Shown here: positions 25,874-36,388 of the stretch, in pieces
Position numbering within the stretch: the first letter of the stretch is position 1
Layout of the letters: each line of letters begins with the position of its first letter
DNA from: Verrucomicrobia subdivision 3 bacterium UBA693
Lineage (GTDB): Bacteria; Verrucomicrobiota; Verrucomicrobiia; Limisphaerales; UBA8199
DNA length: 64,000 bases
Assembly (NCBI GenBank): GCA_002298785.1
Contig: DBMR01000059.1
Location: forward strand, 123,094-187,093
Reading direction: 5' to 3'
Made by a program: the position numbers and the translations under genes
Notes under the pieces: generated by a model
What the model saw: the letters and a program-made list of their open reading frames with translations, nothing else
What the model was told of the DNA's origin: nothing
Databases searched by the model: none

Positions 25874-28800
25874 ATGCTGAACCGCCTCATCCAATTTTCG
25901 TTGCGCTTCCGCGCGGTGGTGATTTCGCTGGCGTGCCTCATTTTGCTCTACGGTGGGTATGTGGCCTGGCACTCCAAGCTGGATGTGTTTCCGGATTTTG
26001 TACCTCCGCAGGTGACGGTCCAGACCGAGGCCCCCGGCCTGGCTCCAGAGCAAGTGGAGACGCTGGTGACCCGGCCCATCGAAACTTCAATCAACGGCCT
26101 CGGCCATCTTGAATCACTTCGCTCGGAGTCGATTCAAGGGCTTTCGATTATCACGGTGATGTTCCAGGACGGCACTCCCATCCTGCCGGCGCGGCAGATG
26201 GTAGCGGAGAAATTGTCGGAATTGGCGGGTACGCTGCCCGCGGGGGTGAAGGCTCCCAGAATGTCGCCGCTGGTGTCAGCCACCATGGATCTCCTAAAGG
26301 TTGGATTGGTAAGCGAAAAGATGTCACCTCGCGATCTGCGAGCGTTTGCAGATTGGACGCTTAAACCACGATTGCTGGCAGTGTCGGGGGTGGCAAAATG
26401 CAGCGTATTTGGCGGTGAGGTGCGGCAATGGCAGGTGCGGGTAAAGCCGGATTCGCTGGTGGCACGGGAGGTCACGCTTACCGAAGTGATCAACGCGGCG
26501 CGGGCCGCCAGCGGGGTGCGTGGCGCGGGATTCATCGAGGACACCAACCAGCGAGTCGTGCTGCGAGTTGAAGGCCAACTGGCGAGCGTGCGCGATCTGG
26601 GGGGCATCGTCGTTTCGACCGGAACGAACGGTTCGCCCGTGCGCCTCCAGGATGTTGCCGAGGTCGTCGAGGGGCCGGAACCGAAGTTTGGCGACACACT
26701 CATCATGGGACGACTGGGCGTGTTGCTGACGATGTCGAGCCAATACGGGGCCAACACCAAAGAAGTCACGACCGGGTTGGAGGCGGCATTGGCGAACATG
26801 GCACCGTTGTTCGAGAAGGAAGGTATACACCTCTACCCGCGGCTCCATCGACCAGCCACCTTTATTGAGGCGTCCCTGGCGAATATTCGTCATTCGTTAA
26901 TGTTGGGCGCGGCATTGGTGGCCGTCATGCTCTTCCTGTTCCTTGGCCACTTGCGGACCGCCATCATTTCTTTGACCGCCATACCGCTCTCTCTATTGAC
27001 CGCTATCCTGGTCATGGATCGGTTGGGCATCTCGCTCAATACCATCACCCTGGGCGGATTGGCAATCGCCCTGGGGGAGGTGGTGGATGATGCCATCATT
27101 GACGTGGAGAACATCCTGCGCCGACTTCGGGAAAACCAAGGTGCCGGTGCGAACGCGGCCCCGATTTGGCGTGTGATACTTGAGGCATCGGTTGAAGTTC
27201 GCAGTGCGGTGGTTTACGCGACTTTCGTCGTGGTGCTCGTCTTCCTGCCGGTGCTGACACTGACGGGATTGCAGGGCAGTTTCTTCTCGCCCCTGGCGAT
27301 GAGCTACATCCTGGCGATTCTGGCATCGTTGGTAGTAGCGCTGACGGTTACGCCCGCGCTTACCTGGCTACTCTTTAGCGGTGGCGTGGAAAGGGAATCC
27401 CAACCTCGATTACAAATATTTCTCCGCCAGGGTTACGAGCGCCTATTGCGGACGCTGACCGCTCATCCCTTGATCTTGTCAGGCACGGCGGCATTTCTTT
27501 GTCTCGCGGCCTTATCACGCCTGCCGTTTCTGGAAGGGAGTTTTCTTCCGGATTTTCGCGAAGGCCATTTTGTGTTGCAGGTGTCCGCCATTCCCGGGAC
27601 TTCTCTGCCGGAAATGCTGCGGATAGGAGGACAAATCTCCCGGGACCTGTTGGCAAACCCTCACATCGCTACTGTTGAACAACAGGTCGGCCGCGCCGAG
27701 CAGGGGGAAGATCCGTGGGGGCCGCATCGCTCGGAATTTCACGTGGAATTAAAGAAAATGCCGGCGAAGGAGGAGGCGGGAGTCGCCGACGAGATTCGGG
27801 CGGTACTGAAGAATATCCCTGGGATTCAATTCGAGGTCTTGACTTTTCTGGGCGATCGCATTGGTGAAAGCTTATCCGGAGAGACCGCGCCGGTGGTGGT
27901 GGATGTATTTGGAGAGGACCTGGATGAACTGGACGCGACGGCGCGCAAGGTGGCCCACGTTTTGCAGGGTGTCTCGGGGGCCGAGGAGGTGCAGGTGAAG
28001 GCGCCACCGGGTTCGCCCCAGGTGACGATTCGGCTGCGGCAAGACCGTATGACGGACCTTGGCTTTCGCCCGGTCGAGGTGTTGGATGCCTTGCAGACTT
28101 CCTGGCAGGGCACGGTGGTCGGGCAAGTGTACCACGGAAACCAGGTAACGGATCTGACCGTGATCCTCGAGGAGCAGAGCCGAAGCGATATTGCGAGCCT
28201 GGAAAAGCTTCTTGTGCATGGGGTGTCCGGGGTGCGGGTTCCGTTGCGGGAGTTAGCGGCCATCGAACCTGGGAATGGCCGTTTCTCCATTTTGCACGAC
28301 GGCGCCCGCCGACGGCAAACCGTTACCTGCCATCCCGTAGGACGTGAGGTGAGCGCGTTTGTGGCGGAGGCACGCGAAGTCATGGGTAAGAAGCTTGAAC
28401 TTCCAAAAGGGATTTACTTCGAATTCTCCGGCGCGGCGGAAGCGGAGGCAGCCGCCTCGCGAGAACTCTTTATCCACGCTGGAATCGCCGCGGTAGGAAT
28501 CCTGCTGCTGTTATACGTAGTGCTCGGCAGTGGTCGGAACCTGCTGTTGGTCCTCGTGAATCTGCCCTTCGCTCTTACCGGCGGAATTCTCGCGGTTTAC
28601 CTGACCCGTTGGCTTACGGACTCCGGACTCACCATGGGCTCCCTGGTGGGCTTTGTCACTTTGTTTGGCATCACCACGCGAAACAGCATCATGCTGCTTT
28701 CGCACTACGACCATCTGGTTCGACGGGAAGGCCAGTCCTGGGGAGTGGCCACGGCTATTCGCGGCGCCAGTGAACGGCTGGTCCCGATCCTATTGACCGC

Positions 28801-28990
28801 CCTGGTGACGGGGTTGGGGCTGTTGCCGCTGGCCATCGGGAGCGGGGAAGCCGGCCGCGAAATCGAGGGTCCAATGGCGATCGTGATTCTCGGCGGATTG
28901 TTTACCGCCACCGCGCTTAACCTGCTCGTTTTACCGACCCTGGCTCTGCGTTTCGGCCGCTTTGGCACTCCGCCACTGGTTACCCCTTAG
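25874..28990 (+). CDS. RND efflux pump permease of the heavy-metal-efflux (CzcA/CusA) family
   Basis: 1038 aa. The N-terminus MLNRLIQFSLRFRAVVISLACLILLYGGYVAWHSKLDVFPDF.. and overall topology match the CusA/CzcA HME-RND family. Confidence 0.85.
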   Translation: MLNRLIQFSLRFRAVVISLACLILLYGGYVAWHSKLDVFPDFVPPQVTVQTEAPGLAPEQVETLVTRPIETSINGLGHLESLRSESIQGLSIITVMFQDGTPILPARQMVAEKLSELAGTLPAGVKAPRMSPLVSATMDLLKVGLVSEKMSPRDLRAFADWTLKPRLLAVSGVAKCSVFGGEVRQWQVRVKPDSLVAREVTLTEVINAARAASGVRGAGFIEDTNQRVVLRVEGQLASVRDLGGIVVSTGTNGSPVRLQDVAEVVEGPEPKFGDTLIMGRLGVLLTMSSQYGANTKEVTTGLEAALANMAPLFEKEGIHLYPRLHRPATFIEASLANIRHSLMLGAALVAVMLFLFLGHLRTAIISLTAIPLSLLTAILVMDRLGISLNTITLGGLAIALGEVVDDAIIDVENILRRLRENQGAGANAAPIWRVILEASVEVRSAVVYATFVVVLVFLPVLTLTGLQGSFFSPLAMSYILAILASLVVALTVTPALTWLLFSGGVERESQPRLQIFLRQGYERLLRTLTAHPLILSGTAAFLCLAALSRLPFLEGSFLPDFREGHFVLQVSAIPGTSLPEMLRIGGQISRDLLANPHIATVEQQVGRAEQGEDPWGPHRSEFHVELKKMPAKEEAGVADEIRAVLKNIPGIQFEVLTFLGDRIGESLSGETAPVVVDVFGEDLDELDATARKVAHVLQGVSGAEEVQVKAPPGSPQVTIRLRQDRMTDLGFRPVEVLDALQTSWQGTVVGQVYHGNQVTDLTVILEEQSRSDIASLEKLLVHGVSGVRVPLRELAAIEPGNGRFSILHDGARRRQTVTCHPVGREVSAFVAEAREVMGKKLELPKGIYFEFSGAAEAEAAASRELFIHAGIAAVGILLLLYVVLGSGRNLLLVLVNLPFALTGGILAVYLTRWLTDSGLTMGSLVGFVTLFGITTRNSIMLLSHYDHLVRREGQSWGVATAIRGASERLVPILLTALVTGLGLLPLAIGSGEAGREIEGPMAIVILGGLFTATALNLLVLPTLALRFGRFGTPPLVTP

Positions 28991-28996
28991 CTGTCC

Positions 28997-30253
28997 TCAG
29001 GGGAACAACCCGCGAGTTCGCTTGGCCTCTTGCACGCGCTTGATCCCCAGGCTCAGTGCCGCTACGCGCATAGGGATCTTCTGCTTGCGACTGAGAGTAA
29101 CAGTCTGGGTAAAAGCCGCTTCCAGTATCCGGAACAACTTGTCCACCACTTCGGTCTCCCCCCAGAAAAAGCTCTGGAGATCCTGCACCCACTCGAAATA
29201 GGAAACCACCACCCCACCCGCATTGCACAAAACATCGGGTATGACGAAGATTTCAGGACGCTGAGCGATAATAGCATCCGCTTCAGGGGTGGTTGGGCCA
29301 TTGGCAGCCTCCGCCAGGATGCGGCACTTGATCTTTCCGGCGTTCTCCGCGGTGATTTGTCGTTCCAGCGCCGCCGGTACCAGGATGTCGCAAGGCAGTT
29401 CCAGCAATTGTTCGTTGGTCAGCGCATCCGCTCCGGGGAACCCGGCGACTGTCTTCCGGGCGGCGACGTGCTTCTCTAATTCCCATAAGTTGAGGCCTTC
29501 AGCATTGTAAACGCCGCCAAAGGCATCGGTCACCGCAATGATCTTCACGCCGTAGCGGGCCAGCGAAAGCGCGGTGATGGAACCAACATTGCCGAAACCT
29601 TGAATCGCTGCTGTGGCTTTGCTGATATCGAGCCCGATGGTATCCGTCGCGCGGTTCACGAGATAGCCGACGCCGCGCCCGGTGGCCTCGCGGCGTCCAA
29701 GTGAACCTCCGAGGCCCACGGGTTTGCCGGTTACGATGCTGGGGACTGTGTGCCCCATGTGCACCGAGTAGGTGTCCATCATCCAGGCCATTACCTGTTG
29801 GTTGGTGCCCAAATCCGGGGCCATTACATCCACCTGAGGCCCAATGAAAGGGATCATCTCTTGCGTATACCGGCGGGTCAGCCGTTCCAATTCCGTGAGG
29901 CTCAATTTTCCCGGGTCACAAGTAATGCCGCCTTTGGCTCCTCCGTAAGGCAAGCCACAGAGCGCGCATTTCCAACTCATCCACATGGCCAGCGCCGCAA
30001 CTTCACCCAGACTCACCTGTGGATGAAAACGCAACCCACCTTTCGTCGGGCCCAAAGTGAGGTGATGCTGGACCCGGTAGCCAGTAAATACCTGGGTCGA
30101 TCCGTCATCCTTGTGGATTGGCAGAGCGACTACCATGGAGCGTTTAGGGTACTTGAGCCGGTCCCGGTCCTCCTGGGGAATCTCGAGGTGGTCAGCGACC
30201 TGGTCAAACTGTTGGCAAGCCATCAGGAAAGTAGGATGGTCGTAAATATCCAT
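28997..30253 (-). CDS. gdhA: glutamate dehydrogenase (Glu/Leu/Phe/Val dehydrogenase family)
   Basis: ..GGAKGGITCDPGKLS.. is the catalytic Lys/Gly-rich motif. ..GFGNVGS.. is the dinucleotide-binding motif. The 418-aa size fits. Confidence 0.85.
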   Translation of the reverse strand: MDIYDHPTFLMACQQFDQVADHLEIPQEDRDRLKYPKRSMVVALPIHKDDGSTQVFTGYRVQHHLTLGPTKGGLRFHPQVSLGEVAALAMWMSWKCALCGLPYGGAKGGITCDPGKLSLTELERLTRRYTQEMIPFIGPQVDVMAPDLGTNQQVMAWMMDTYSVHMGHTVPSIVTGKPVGLGGSLGRREATGRGVGYLVNRATDTIGLDISKATAAIQGFGNVGSITALSLARYGVKIIAVTDAFGGVYNAEGLNLWELEKHVAARKTVAGFPGADALTNEQLLELPCDILVPAALERQITAENAGKIKCRILAEAANGPTTPEADAIIAQRPEIFVIPDVLCNAGGVVVSYFEWVQDLQSFFWGETEVVDKLFRILEAAFTQTVTLSRKQKIPMRVAALSLGIKRVQEAKRTRGLFP

Positions 30254-30652
30254 AGGGTGAATATACGAGGGTGGCGAAGGTGTTAAAGCAAATTTTGCTT
30301 GATGCTTTGCGGCCGAGTTTCGAGGCTAGGATTTCGCTTGGGGTGTCGGAGGGACCTTGCCTTGCCGCTGGAGTGTAATTATTGCAGAACAAATAACTTG
30401 CAGCGATTACAAATACTTCCATGCTTTATAGATGCAATTTTCATCGGGATGCGGTTTCATAGCGCTGTGGACCGGGAGAGTCAGCACAGAGCCGCGGAAT
30501 ATAAACCCAGGCCACATGTCGCGAAAAGCAGGGCGAGAAAGTCCGGTCGATCACGCAAGCGAGTGCGAATGCAGCAGTTGGGTCGGTATTAATAGGCTTG
30601 CTCAGTTATTGGAACGGGCGTTAAATGCCGTTGAAACCTAAGTGAGGAACGT

Positions 30653-31228
30653 ATGGACTTCTTGATTTACTCGATTTGTTTCGGGGTAGGGCTGGTGTTC
30701 ACCATCCTAAGTGCCATCGTTGGCCAGTTGTTTGGAGGACACGACGCCCACGCGGATGTCGGGACTGGGGGGCAGGCCGACGCGGGCTTCGAGCACACGG
30801 GCATGCCAGGCGTCGCACCGTTCAGCCCCACTACCATTGCCTGCTTCTTAACCGCAGCCGGTGGGTTTGGCATGATTTTCTCACGCATCGGAGCTACCAG
30901 TTCAGTGTATATCAGCGCGCCGCTCTCCATCGTGTCAGGACTGATCGTTGCCGCAGCCGTGTTTTTCCTCTTTGAAGCGCTCTTTCGCAAAACCCAGAGT
31001 TCAAGCGAATCACACGTCAGCACGTTGGTTGGCCAGTTGGCCAGCATCATTACCCCCATTCCCGAAAACGGGGTCGGCGAAATCGCCTATGTGCAAGCCG
31101 GCACGCGCTATTCGGCTCCCGCCCGCAGCGAACGCGGCATTCGCATCAATTGCGGCCAGGACGTTCGCATCGTGCGGATTGTCGGCTCCCAATTTTACGT
31201 CGTCCCTTGCGAACCAAACTCAAACTGA
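30653..31228 (+). CDS. nfeD: NfeD-family membrane protein (short form, C-terminal OB-fold)
   Basis: N-terminal TM helices, then a C-terminal ..GEIAYVQAGTRYSAPARSERGIRINCGQDVRIVRIVGSQFYV.. beta-barrel, directly upstream of a flotillin gene. A good SD (tgaggaa) precedes the ATG. Confidence 0.65.
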   Translation: MDFLIYSICFGVGLVFTILSAIVGQLFGGHDAHADVGTGGQADAGFEHTGMPGVAPFSPTTIACFLTAAGGFGMIFSRIGATSSVYISAPLSIVSGLIVAAAVFFLFEALFRKTQSSSESHVSTLVGQLASIITPIPENGVGEIAYVQAGTRYSAPARSERGIRINCGQDVRIVRIVGSQFYVVPCEPNSN

Positions 31229-31243
31229 ACCTGGAAAAATCCT

Positions 31244-32758
31244 ATGAACCTCATGCTTGCCACGATTACCGAAATTGGAACTGTCGCGGTCGCCGTTTTC
31301 GGCATTGTCACTGTCGTCATTATCTTCATGGCGGTTTGGGCCAACCGATATACCAAAGTCGGCCCCAACCAGGTATTAATTGTCTCCGGTCGCAAACACC
31401 GGATCATTGATCCGGACGGCACCGTTCAGGCACGCGGCTTCCGCGTGGTCAAAGGCGGTGGCACCTTTGTGATCCCGGTTATTGAAAAAGTGGACGTCCT
31501 TTCGCTCGAGTTGCTGACCATCGACGTTAACACTCCTGAGGTTTACACGAGCAAGGGGGTGCCGGTGCGAGTCGATGGCGTGGCCCAGATTAAGGTCAAG
31601 GGCGACGACGTCTCCATTGCCACTGCTGCTGAACAATTTTTGAGCAAAGGTACCGAGGAGATCAAAAATATCGCAATGCAGACCTTGGAAGGTCACCTCC
31701 GGGCGATTTTGGGTACGATGACAGTGGAAGATATTTACCAAAATCGGGATGCCTTCGCCGCCAAGGTGCAGGAGGTGGCGGCGGGTGACATGGCCAACAT
31801 GGGCCTGGGCATCGTCAGCTTCACGATTCGGGATATTCGGGATAACCAGGGTTACCTGGAAGCGCTGGGCAAGCCGCGAATTGCGCAAGTGAAACGGGAC
31901 GCGCAGATCGCGCAGGCCGAAGCTGATCGTGACGCCATGATTCGTTCCGCGCAGGCGACCCAGGCCGGTCAGGAAGCCAAGTTTGTAGCCGATTCCAAAA
32001 TCGCCGAGGCCCAACGGGATTACCAAATGAACGTGGCGGGTTATCAGGCGAGCGTTAATCAGCGGAAAGCCGAGGCGGATCTCGCTTACGACCTGCAAAA
32101 GTTCAAGACGGGGCAGTTGGTTAAAGCCGAGGAAGTGCAGGTCAACATTGTCGAGAAGCAAAAGCAGATCGAGTTGCAGCAGCAGGAAATCTTGCGGCGC
32201 CAAAAAGAACTCGAGGCGGATGTGCAAAAGCCGGCCGATGCCGAGCGGTATCGGGTGGAAACGCTGGCCAACGCCCGCAGATTCCAACTCGAAGCCGAAG
32301 CTTCCGGCGCCGCTGCCGCTTCGAAAGCGACTGGCTTCGCGAACGCGGATGTTGCGAAAGCGACCGGTATCGCCGAGGCCGAAGCCCAGAAAGCCAAGGG
32401 ATTGGCCCAGGCCACCATCATTGAGGCGCAGGGCAAAGCCACGGCGGAAGCCATGCGCGTCAAGGCCGAGTCCTTCAAGGAATATAACGAAGCGGCGGTG
32501 ATTGAAATGATCATCCGCGTGCTGCCAGATGTCGCCGGGAAGATCAGTGAACCGCTGTCGAAGACCGAGAAGATGGTGATCATCAACTCCGGAAGCGGTC
32601 CTGGAGGGGGTGCCAGCAAATTTACCGGAGACGTGGCTCAAATTGTATCCCAATTGCCCCCGGTGATAGAGAGTCTGACAGGTATCAAACTGGAAAAGAT
32701 GCTCAGCAAAGTGCCGGGTATCAAACCCAGCGAGGAGAGCAGCGAGAAAAAGAGCTGA
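31244..32758 (+). CDS. flotillin / SPFH (band-7) domain protein (YqiK/FloT-like)
   Basis: N-terminal TM, then an SPFH domain (..VGPNQVLIVSGRKHRI..LELLTIDVNTPEVYTSKGVPVRVDGVAQIKV..) and a long EA-rich coiled-coil (..AEAEAQKAKGLAQATIIEAQGKATAEAMRVKAE..). Confidence 0.9.
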   Translation: MNLMLATITEIGTVAVAVFGIVTVVIIFMAVWANRYTKVGPNQVLIVSGRKHRIIDPDGTVQARGFRVVKGGGTFVIPVIEKVDVLSLELLTIDVNTPEVYTSKGVPVRVDGVAQIKVKGDDVSIATAAEQFLSKGTEEIKNIAMQTLEGHLRAILGTMTVEDIYQNRDAFAAKVQEVAAGDMANMGLGIVSFTIRDIRDNQGYLEALGKPRIAQVKRDAQIAQAEADRDAMIRSAQATQAGQEAKFVADSKIAEAQRDYQMNVAGYQASVNQRKAEADLAYDLQKFKTGQLVKAEEVQVNIVEKQKQIELQQQEILRRQKELEADVQKPADAERYRVETLANARRFQLEAEASGAAAASKATGFANADVAKATGIAEAEAQKAKGLAQATIIEAQGKATAEAMRVKAESFKEYNEAAVIEMIIRVLPDVAGKISEPLSKTEKMVIINSGSGPGGGASKFTGDVAQIVSQLPPVIESLTGIKLEKMLSKVPGIKPSEESSEKKS

Positions 32759-32785
32759 GTATCGCCGCTCGGAAAGGAGCCTACT

Positions 32786-33637
32786 ATGCGCCTTTTTGAA
32801 GCCATCATTGCAGCGAATCACCGTGCGATTGCCGGCGACACCACCGCCGGCCTGAAGCCCTTCGAATTCGCGGCTAATCTGCCCATCGTCGCACTGTCAT
32901 GCATTGACGTCCGGTTGGGCCCATTGCTGCCGGAGGTGTTAGGGGTTCCGGAGAGCGATTTCATTTGGCTGCGTAACGCTGGCAACATCATCACTGGTCC
33001 CCTGAGCAGCACGATGCGCTCGATGGCGCTGGCGTGTGCCATCAAAGGTGGGAAAGAAATTGCGATCATCGGCCACACCGATTGTCAGGTGGGCAAGACC
33101 GGCGCCCTGGAACTGTTGGAACGGTTTCGCGCACTGGGTGTCGAGCGGCATCGACTGCCTGACAATCTGCCGGAGTTCTTTGGCACCTTCAGCAGCGACC
33201 GGCAAAACGTCATTCATGCGGCGGACATCGCCCGCAATAGTCCTTTGATCAGCCCCAGAATTCCCGTGCATGGCCTGATGGTGGATATTGTCACCGGGAA
33301 GCTTGAATGGCTCGTAAATGGGTACGAAACCGCGCCCTCCGTTGCCTCCAAGTGGAATGAAGTGATCCACTCAGCCGGCCAGACCGTGGATGCCCTCAAA
33401 TCGCTCGCCGACTTTCAGATCGGTGAAATGAAGTTTCCTGAAACAAAGATCGGGGAGCACATCATGGGGGCAGGGGAATGGATGGCGGAGAAGCTGCATG
33501 CAGCTCAAATCCCGACCGCAGCCCAGCCGGCGGCGCCCCCAAAACCACCACATCCCGAACCGCCTCATCTGACCGCTGCTCCGAAAACGGGATTGCCCCC
33601 GCAATTGCGCGCCCGATTCAAGGTGCGCCTAAAGTAA
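32786..33637 (+). CDS. beta-class carbonic anhydrase-like protein with Pro-rich C-terminal tail
   Basis: Cys-x-Asp-x-Arg (SCIDVRLGP) and His-x-x-Cys (GHTDCQ) zinc-ligand motifs of beta-CA. The C-terminal ~60 aa is Pro/Ala-rich. Confidence 0.6.
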   Translation: MRLFEAIIAANHRAIAGDTTAGLKPFEFAANLPIVALSCIDVRLGPLLPEVLGVPESDFIWLRNAGNIITGPLSSTMRSMALACAIKGGKEIAIIGHTDCQVGKTGALELLERFRALGVERHRLPDNLPEFFGTFSSDRQNVIHAADIARNSPLISPRIPVHGLMVDIVTGKLEWLVNGYETAPSVASKWNEVIHSAGQTVDALKSLADFQIGEMKFPETKIGEHIMGAGEWMAEKLHAAQIPTAAQPAAPPKPPHPEPPHLTAAPKTGLPPQLRARFKVRLK

Positions 33638-33750
33638 ATCTGGTTTCCAACGATAACGGTGCCCAGCAAAGGGCGGTAGCCGGCCCTTCGCAATTCTCTT
33701 GTCTGACCGCCTGACATCAATGCACGATATCTAGGCGTGGCGTTGCCAAC

Positions 33751-34731
33751 ATGCGGCAGCGAGCACCTCGTTTCATGAAGTTAACAAAACCCAGACGACT
33801 AAATCCCGGGGATACTGTTGGGTTGCTCGCTCCGGCGAGCGCGCCGCCGGATCCAAAAGCCATTGATCATTCTGTAGCGACGCTCGAGGCGCTTGGCTTT
33901 AAAGTCCGACTTGCCAGAAATGTGCGCCGGCGCTTTGGCTTCCTGGCGGGATCAGACCAGGATCGGGCTTCGGACCTGATGCAGATGTTCCAGGACGATT
34001 CCGTGCAAGGGATTCTCTGCGTGCGAGGCGGTTATGGCTCCGGGCGGTTGCTGGGCATGTTGGATTACGGCGCCATCGCTGCGAACCCCAAGGTTTTCGT
34101 CGGCTATAGTGACGTCACTTCCCTCCATTGCGCGTTTCTGGTCAAATGCGGCCTGGTTACTTTTCATGGCCCGATGCTGAATTCGGATCTGAACAAGGAA
34201 ACGACACCCGATTTTACCCTCCAAAGCTTTTTGCGCACGTTGCTACGCCCTTTTCCGCCGGGGAACATCGCGGAGGGTTATTCTGGCAAGACGGTGCGGG
34301 TGTACCGCAAAGGTCAGGTCTCGGGCCCGTTGCTCGGGGGCAATCTCACCATGCTCGGCACCATGGTGGGAACACCTTATCTCCCAAATTTCAAAGGAGC
34401 GATTTTGTTCTTCGAAGATCTGGATGAAGTGCCATACCGCTTTGACCGCATGCTCACGCACCTTCTCAACGCCGGGATCCTGTCCCAAGTTGCCGGAGTG
34501 GCGGTAGGGATTAATCGGAACTGTGAAGAGCCTAAGAATCGTAGTCGACGCGAATACCGGCAGACCCTGGAGGAGGTCTTGAAGGAACGACTTTTGCCTC
34601 TGGGGGTGCCAGTGGTGGCGGGCCTGCCTTTTGGGCACGTAGCCCACAATGCCACGTTGCCGATCTGCGTCAAAGCCACATTGGATGGCGAAAATGGGAA
34701 CCTGGTGATCAACGAAACGGCAGTGGTTTGA
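33751..34731 (+). CDS. LD-carboxypeptidase (peptidase S66, LdcA-like)
   Basis: ..LKPGDTVGLLAPAS.. and ..GILCVRGGYGSGRLL..VFVGYSDVTSLH.. contain the catalytic Ser. The overall S66 pattern is present. Confidence 0.8.
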   Translation: MRQRAPRFMKLTKPRRLNPGDTVGLLAPASAPPDPKAIDHSVATLEALGFKVRLARNVRRRFGFLAGSDQDRASDLMQMFQDDSVQGILCVRGGYGSGRLLGMLDYGAIAANPKVFVGYSDVTSLHCAFLVKCGLVTFHGPMLNSDLNKETTPDFTLQSFLRTLLRPFPPGNIAEGYSGKTVRVYRKGQVSGPLLGGNLTMLGTMVGTPYLPNFKGAILFFEDLDEVPYRFDRMLTHLLNAGILSQVAGVAVGINRNCEEPKNRSRREYRQTLEEVLKERLLPLGVPVVAGLPFGHVAHNATLPICVKATLDGENGNLVINETAVV

Positions 34732-34737
34732 GCCGAC

Positions 34738-36222
34738 TCAGGCCTGCTCCCGTCCGGCTTCCGCGACCTGGATATATTTCCGGAGCAAGATTAAACCTGT
34801 GGGCGCAACGGTCGTGGTTAAGGCAATCACCAGCCAAAGCAATTGGGAATTGCGCGGCCCTTGTTCGGGACAAAACCAGGCGAGCAACCATCCCGAAGTG
34901 CCGGCCACCAAAAGTTTCGCCCCGAAGAAGGGCAGGTAGGACATGGACATGTAGGAGGCCTCCTGCCCCTTGGGCGCTATGGAGGCCGCGTACTCGTACA
35001 AACGAGGGGAGTAGATGGATTCCCCAATTGAAAGCAGCGTCACAAAGCAGAAAATCATGACATAGTAAGGATGCACGGCGCCCTCGAGTCCAAGGTATCC
35101 ATGACCCAACCAGTGTCCCGGAAGGCCGTCTGCCAGCGGCTTGAACCATGCCAGGGGTAACGTCATGATGAAGACCGAAGCGGCGGCCACGGCGCTGCCG
35201 ATGGAGACCATGCGATACGCGGAAATCCGCTGGCTGAACGCTCCCACCAAGGGCACCAGAAAGATGATCAGCATGGAGTTGATCGTCCAGAGCCTGCCGA
35301 TGGGCGCTCCTGCTCCCAATTCCCGAATCCCGAACTTGGGATAGGTATAATACATCTGGATAAAGATCAGCCGTACAAACGCGGCAAGCGCCAGGAAAGC
35401 CAAAAACCGGTAGAAGCCCGGTTGTGACCACAGGCCGCGAAAGATGCGAACGGTATCCCGGACCGCATCCCGACTCATGAACCAGAGCGCGCGCGGCAAG
35501 GTTTCTGCGGGGTATTTGGGTTGGTCTTTTGTAATCTTTACCCCTTCGTCAGTAGCTTCGACACCATCGCGCAGCCCAAAATAGAGCAGCGGCAATAGAA
35601 TGAGTTCCACCGTTAAACTCACCAGGAACAGAGTCTGATACGTGGTGAGATGCGTGCCCAAAACCGGCACGGTAAAACTTCCATGCGGTTCCCCGATCGT
35701 GCGGCGGACATAATCAAAGATGAAGCCCGAGATAAAGAAACCAACATTCATGACCGCATAGAAGATCGCGAAAGCAATGGATCGCTGCGCGGTGGTCGAA
35801 TAGCGTCGCACCGCGGCGACCAGGACGGGAGTGCCCAGCGCTTCACCTACGGCGAGCAGAAAGAGGCCGGCTGAAAGCACGAGCCATTTGGTGCTGGCGA
35901 AAGTCATGACCGCTCGCGAGACCGCGCAGATCCAGACTCCCAGAAGAAAAGCTTTTCGCAAACCGATGGCGTCGGTGAGCGATCCTACCAGGACTGTGGA
36001 CAGGGTCATGAATGCCGACCAACCGAAGACCAGGTAACCCGCCTGGACGTCGTTGAAACCCAGGTCGTAGGAAAGCCAAAGCACGAGGGACGAGTTGGCG
36101 ATGCTGTAGGCGAGAATGCCGATCAGCTTGACCGCGAAGGTTATCCAAAGCTCCCGGACCGCGCCGCAAAGCACGGTAAATCGACTCACCCAGCCCGGCC
36201 CGGAAGTTTCACTGGCAGCCAT
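34738..36222 (-). CDS. MFS transporter (substrate unknown)
   Basis: ~12 predicted TM helices. MFS-like motifs are present (..GSLTDAIGLRKAFLLG..). Confidence 0.7.
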   Translation of the reverse strand: MAASETSGPGWVSRFTVLCGAVRELWITFAVKLIGILAYSIANSSLVLWLSYDLGFNDVQAGYLVFGWSAFMTLSTVLVGSLTDAIGLRKAFLLGVWICAVSRAVMTFASTKWLVLSAGLFLLAVGEALGTPVLVAAVRRYSTTAQRSIAFAIFYAVMNVGFFISGFIFDYVRRTIGEPHGSFTVPVLGTHLTTYQTLFLVSLTVELILLPLLYFGLRDGVEATDEGVKITKDQPKYPAETLPRALWFMSRDAVRDTVRIFRGLWSQPGFYRFLAFLALAAFVRLIFIQMYYTYPKFGIRELGAGAPIGRLWTINSMLIIFLVPLVGAFSQRISAYRMVSIGSAVAAASVFIMTLPLAWFKPLADGLPGHWLGHGYLGLEGAVHPYYVMIFCFVTLLSIGESIYSPRLYEYAASIAPKGQEASYMSMSYLPFFGAKLLVAGTSGWLLAWFCPEQGPRNSQLLWLVIALTTTVAPTGLILLRKYIQVAEAGREQA

Positions 36223-36388
36223 TAGCCATCACTAAAGCCTATTGGCTCACTTACGTAAAGCCTGCGCACGGCTATTGCTTCCTTTCAAAACTGTAATCTT
36301 CCCGAAAGGTCCATGTCATCCCGCTGTGGTCTATTACTTCAGAACGATTCAACTGAAACGATCGAACAAACAATTTGGAAACTTGATT

